Origin: an uncultured Gammaproteobacteria bacterium
GTDB taxonomy: Bacteria > Patescibacteriota > Patescibacteriia > Buchananbacterales > UBA6539
Reading direction: 5' to 3'
Length of the DNA stretch: 35,912 nucleotides
Assembly (NCBI GenBank): GCA_964470025.1
Contig: CAYXZR010000006.1
Coordinates: forward strand, 1 to 35,912
Shown here: piece after piece, positions 33,628 to 35,912 of the stretch
Layout of the letters: the number at the start of each line of letters is the position of its first letter
How positions within the stretch are numbered: the first letter of the stretch is position 1
Notes under the pieces: generated by a model
Database searches by the model: none
What the model was told of the DNA's origin: nothing
What the model saw: the letters and a program-made list of their open reading frames with translations, nothing else
Made by a program: the position numbers and the translations under genes

Positions 33628-33914
33628 GGTGAAACTTTAGCGATTTTGAGCCCTCTCTCCGTGGACCGACCACATTTCCCTGCAGCGGAGAGAGGGCTGA
33701 CTGAGCAGGGGTACTGCCTGCAGGGAAATTTTGACTACATTGTCAAAGAAATTGATGGGTAGCGAGTCAGCTATTACGCACTGTTTCAGCTTTGGCTACT
33801 TCTAAGCCACAAGCACTCGCCACCCACCTCCTAGCCACACTATGATGGTATATCCCTTCACGGGGCCAGGAAATCTGTATATAAATATTTCAATTGCGTT
33901 TTTACGCAATTACT
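33628..33914 (-). ncRNA. ~285-nt structured 5' leader of the tRNA unit
   Basis: It contains an 11-bp helix closing a ~47-nt domain (33757-67/33815-25), interleaved perfect 13-bp and 11-bp helices (33649-33728) and a hairpin at 33892-33911. No credible ORF is present. Confidence 0.45.
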
Positions 33915-33943
33915 TTTATATATTATTTTTTACATCGTGTCAA
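33915..33943 (-). promoter_or_regulatory. promoter (TTGACA-17-TATAAA) driving the tRNA / structured-RNA unit
   Basis: Consensus -35 box, 17-nt spacer and near-consensus -10 box. Confidence 0.55.
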
Positions 33944-33950
33944 GTCATAT

Positions 33951-33978
33951 AAAAAAGTCACTGTCGTAACAGTGACTT
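33951..33978 (-). terminator. intrinsic terminator after the hydrolase gene
   Basis: Minus strand reads AAGTCACTG-TTACGA-CAGTGACTT followed by TTTTTTATATG. Confidence 0.75.
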
Positions 33979-33989
33979 AAGGTGCGAGG

Positions 33990-35549
33990 TTAGTAGGAAC
34001 TCCAATCTCCTACTGACGAGGTGTCCGGAGCTTCGAAGTTCGCGTACAGAATCCTGTCCTGCGAAATTGTGAATGAAATACTATTCGCAGTTTCTGATGT
34101 GCTCCAGCCATTAAATGTGGCGCCATCTTCTGGTACTGCGGTTAGCGTGACCATATCGCCGACGTTGTAGACTCCGCCGGGATTTTCTGGTGAAACAAGT
34201 ACATTGCCATTTCCACTTCCGAGAAGATTGACTCTGAGGACCCTTTCTGTCTCAGCAAGTTGAATTGTATGCATCTCACGCATACCATCATCAGATGTAA
34301 AGAAGAATGTCTGACGATAAGCATCGCCGGGGACTTCATATGGTGGGAAGATGTACTCGTCATCAAGCCGAGCCTCGAACCCAAGTTCGCTAGTAAAGCA
34401 GTCTGGGTTGACCGAGTTCACTGCACGATATCTGGAGTTGCGATCAGCTGGTCCGCCACCTAAGTAGTGATTACCACCGGGGACGGCAGTGAATTTCCAA
34501 TTGGCAATCTGCCAGCTGTCTGTATCGCCAGGTACTTGATAGTCATCAATGTCTTCTTGAGCGACTCCTGCGAAGCCAAACAACTTGTCACGGTAATCCC
34601 AGAAGTGCTGCGGGACAACGAGGCCATCGTTTAGTCCATGCATGACATAGACTCTGCTGACTTTATTGCCAAAGGTTGCCGCTAGTCCTGCGTGACGCTG
34701 TGGTGCACGCATTAACCGCTCCATGCTTTTTGTGGTTGTTAGGTCAGTGCTGTTGAGTGACCATGCGTTCACAATCCAGCCGGAGCCGTTGGCGTCACCA
34801 TCTGTACCGAGGGTGTAGCCGTTATTTTGCACGTCGTCTTGCGTCGAGATGAGCGTTAAGCCAGAGCCAGCATATACTTCGGCGAATGCCTTGGGTACTG
34901 CCTGAACAACTTGAAGTGCAAGGTGTGCTCCACCTGAGCCGCCAAGCATGTAAAGGCGTTGACGGTTGAGCGGCTTACCTTGATCTTCGAAATACTGAAG
35001 GGTTGCCTTCACCCCATTAATCACGTCGGCGACTTGAATATCGCCGTAATCATAGGGTGACATGTATCCCATGTTGCGGTAGAAGATTTTCACATAGACG
35101 ATGTCTTTTGTGTCCATCCACACTCGCAGCTCATTGAAGTTTGCATTTGCTGGATCATCAGCAAACACTCCTTGGTTGCTTGGACAGTCGGAAGTTCCGA
35201 TGCCGCCAAGCTCGACATACAAGCCCGTGCTTGCAGTGAGGGTTTCCATGCCGCCTTGAGGCAACACGACTACAGCTGAAATAGCAGCCGGGGTCTGTTG
35301 GCCGTCAGAGGAGCAGTTTGCAAATAGCCTTGAATCTGTGGCACCAGGATCACTGGGAACCTGCGACTCAAAAGTCAGATGCACTTTTGGATACACTGCC
35401 GGGGCAGACTTGCGTTGCACAATTGGGTTGATCTGTGGATCAAACTCAGGGACATAAAATATTTTTCCCTGAGCTTGAACGATGGCAGTCTGGAAAAGCC
35501 AGACAAGGGTTGCAAGGATTGTCATAATATAAAAGAGCGACTGCTTCAT
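33990..35549 (-). CDS. secreted alpha/beta-hydrolase (esterase/peptidase-like) with C-terminal divergent InlB B-repeat-like domain
   Basis: 519 aa with a signal peptide ending AQA-QG and a GxSxG nucleophile elbow (GGSGG). HGLNDGLVVP resembles the Asp/His region. The C-terminus LLGSGNGNVLVSP...VTLTAVPEDGATFNGWS matches the bacterial repeat pattern. Confidence 0.7.
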   Translation of the reverse strand: MKQSLFYIMTILATLVWLFQTAIVQAQGKIFYVPEFDPQINPIVQRKSAPAVYPKVHLTFESQVPSDPGATDSRLFANCSSDGQQTPAAISAVVVLPQGGMETLTASTGLYVELGGIGTSDCPSNQGVFADDPANANFNELRVWMDTKDIVYVKIFYRNMGYMSPYDYGDIQVADVINGVKATLQYFEDQGKPLNRQRLYMLGGSGGAHLALQVVQAVPKAFAEVYAGSGLTLISTQDDVQNNGYTLGTDGDANGSGWIVNAWSLNSTDLTTTKSMERLMRAPQRHAGLAATFGNKVSRVYVMHGLNDGLVVPQHFWDYRDKLFGFAGVAQEDIDDYQVPGDTDSWQIANWKFTAVPGGNHYLGGGPADRNSRYRAVNSVNPDCFTSELGFEARLDDEYIFPPYEVPGDAYRQTFFFTSDDGMREMHTIQLAETERVLRVNLLGSGNGNVLVSPENPGGVYNVGDMVTLTAVPEDGATFNGWSTSETANSISFTISQDRILYANFEAPDTSSVGDWSSY

Positions 35550-35589
35550 CGAAGTTCTCTCCTGTGTTGAGTTTTTTGAAGCTACCTAA

Positions 35590-35618
35590 CTTATACCATA
35601 AATAAAGCAAAAAATCAA
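35590..35618 (-). promoter_or_regulatory. extended -10 promoter (TTGATT-17-TGGTATAAG)
   Basis: It lies ~40 nt upstream of the hydrolase ATG, and an AGGAGAG SD follows. Confidence 0.45.
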
Positions 35619-35662
35619 TACCTGACTGCTATTTTATTAGTTTAATTAGGTTTTACGAGGTT

Positions 35663-35912
35663 TTATTGAGGATTTTTTGCCTGCTCAGGAGGTGCTGGCT
35701 TATTGTCTGGAGCTGGTACTTCCTGTGTTTCTTCAGGATACTCACAACTGTCATCATCTTGGGTAGCATCCGCGTTATAGTTAGTTGCCTCTTGGTCAGT
35801 ACAACCAAGGATTGGGTCTGGGGTTTCTTCAGGAGCAGGAGCAGGTGTTGGCGATTCTTCTTCAGGATACTCACAACTGTCATCATCTTGGGTAGCATCC
35901 GCGTTATAGTTA
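35663..35912 (-). CDS. 3' end of a secreted repeat protein (...GCTDQEATNYNADATQDDDSCEYPEE...), 5' end outside the window
   Basis: The frame is open from the window edge to TAA at 35665-35663. It holds two copies of NYNADATQDDDSCEYPEE 43 aa apart. Track ORF 35653..35898 is a different, low-complexity frame. Confidence 0.6.
   Translation of the reverse strand, partial: NYNADATQDDDSCEYPEEESPTPAPAPEETPDPILGCTDQEATNYNADATQDDDSCEYPEETQEVPAPDNKPAPPEQAKNPQ
35731..35783. repeat. 53-nt exact direct repeat, copy 1 (copy 2 at 35860-35912)
   Basis: Identical sequence cttcaggatactcacaactgtcatcatcttgggtagcatccgcgttatagtta, with a 129-nt period. Confidence 0.9.

Noticed and set aside
33828-33845. GGAGG plus GTG as the start of an 18-codon ORF in the tRNA-unit leader
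   Set aside because: The SD-to-start spacing is only about 3 nt. The ORF lies entirely inside the 11-bp closing helix domain and has no amino-acid bias like the true leaders.
32624-33943. RNase P RNA, SRP (4.5S) RNA or a hammerhead ribozyme in the structured spacers
   Set aside because: On either strand I could not find the conserved cores GGAAAGUCC / ACAGAA (RNase P), GGAAGCAGC (SRP) or CUGAUGA...GAAA (hammerhead). Divergent versions cannot be excluded without covariance models.
35653-35898. Track ORF 35653..35898(-), 81 aa
   Set aside because: It is in the wrong frame. A different frame is open to the window edge and encodes a coherent Cys/Asp-rich repeat protein ending at TAA 35665-35663.
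1-35912. CRISPR arrays, rRNA genes, transposases, integrases, prophage or defence-system genes
   Set aside because: I saw no repeat-spacer periodicity, no rRNA-like conserved stretches, and no ORF with recognisable recombinase, RT, nuclease-helicase or phage structural motifs. The only tandem repeats are the two in-frame coding repeats reported above.

Overview
All convincing genes are on the minus strand. The organism looks like a small-genome, low-GC bacterium; a CPR/Patescibacteria-like origin is only an inference from gene content.

Positions 1-24100 form a tightly packed housekeeping block. It holds a DD-carboxypeptidase, scpB/scpA, a Nudix hydrolase, aspS, recO, ruvX, map, adk and secY. 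It also holds the complete spc/S10/str ribosomal clusters: rplO through rpsJ, then tuf, fusA, rpsG and rpsL. There is no rpmD (L30) gene between rpsE and rplO. Several ribosomal proteins carry long Lys/Ala-rich or acidic tails. rplF is broken into two track ORFs by a single in-frame TGA. That TGA aligns with the conserved Gly of the L6 'GV(T/S)xGF' motif. Across the window, TGA ends only 1 of 47 CDS.

Positions 24100-35912 are accessory and visibly GC-richer. Single 60-nt lines spot-count at about 50% GC, against about 42% in the ribosomal block. Every gene there is its own unit, with an intrinsic terminator fused to a TTGACA-type promoter. Four consecutive units carry classical leader-peptide attenuators:
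- a Phe/Tyr-rich leader before a DAHP synthase
- a Leu-rich leader before a 2-isopropylmalate synthase
- a mixed Ile/Val/Leu/Lys leader before an unknown 100-aa protein
- an Ile-rich leader before a citramalate/IPMS-family synthase

Next comes a promoter-to-terminator unit of about 1.3 kb with no credible ORF. It contains tRNA-Pro(UGG), tRNA-Gly(GCC), two tRNAs with non-canonical anticodon arms and one degenerate tRNA-Gly-like element. These are embedded in about 800 nt of densely helical, strand-specific RNA structure.

I found no rRNA, CRISPR array, transposase or integrase. All coordinates and folds were worked out by hand and need computational confirmation.
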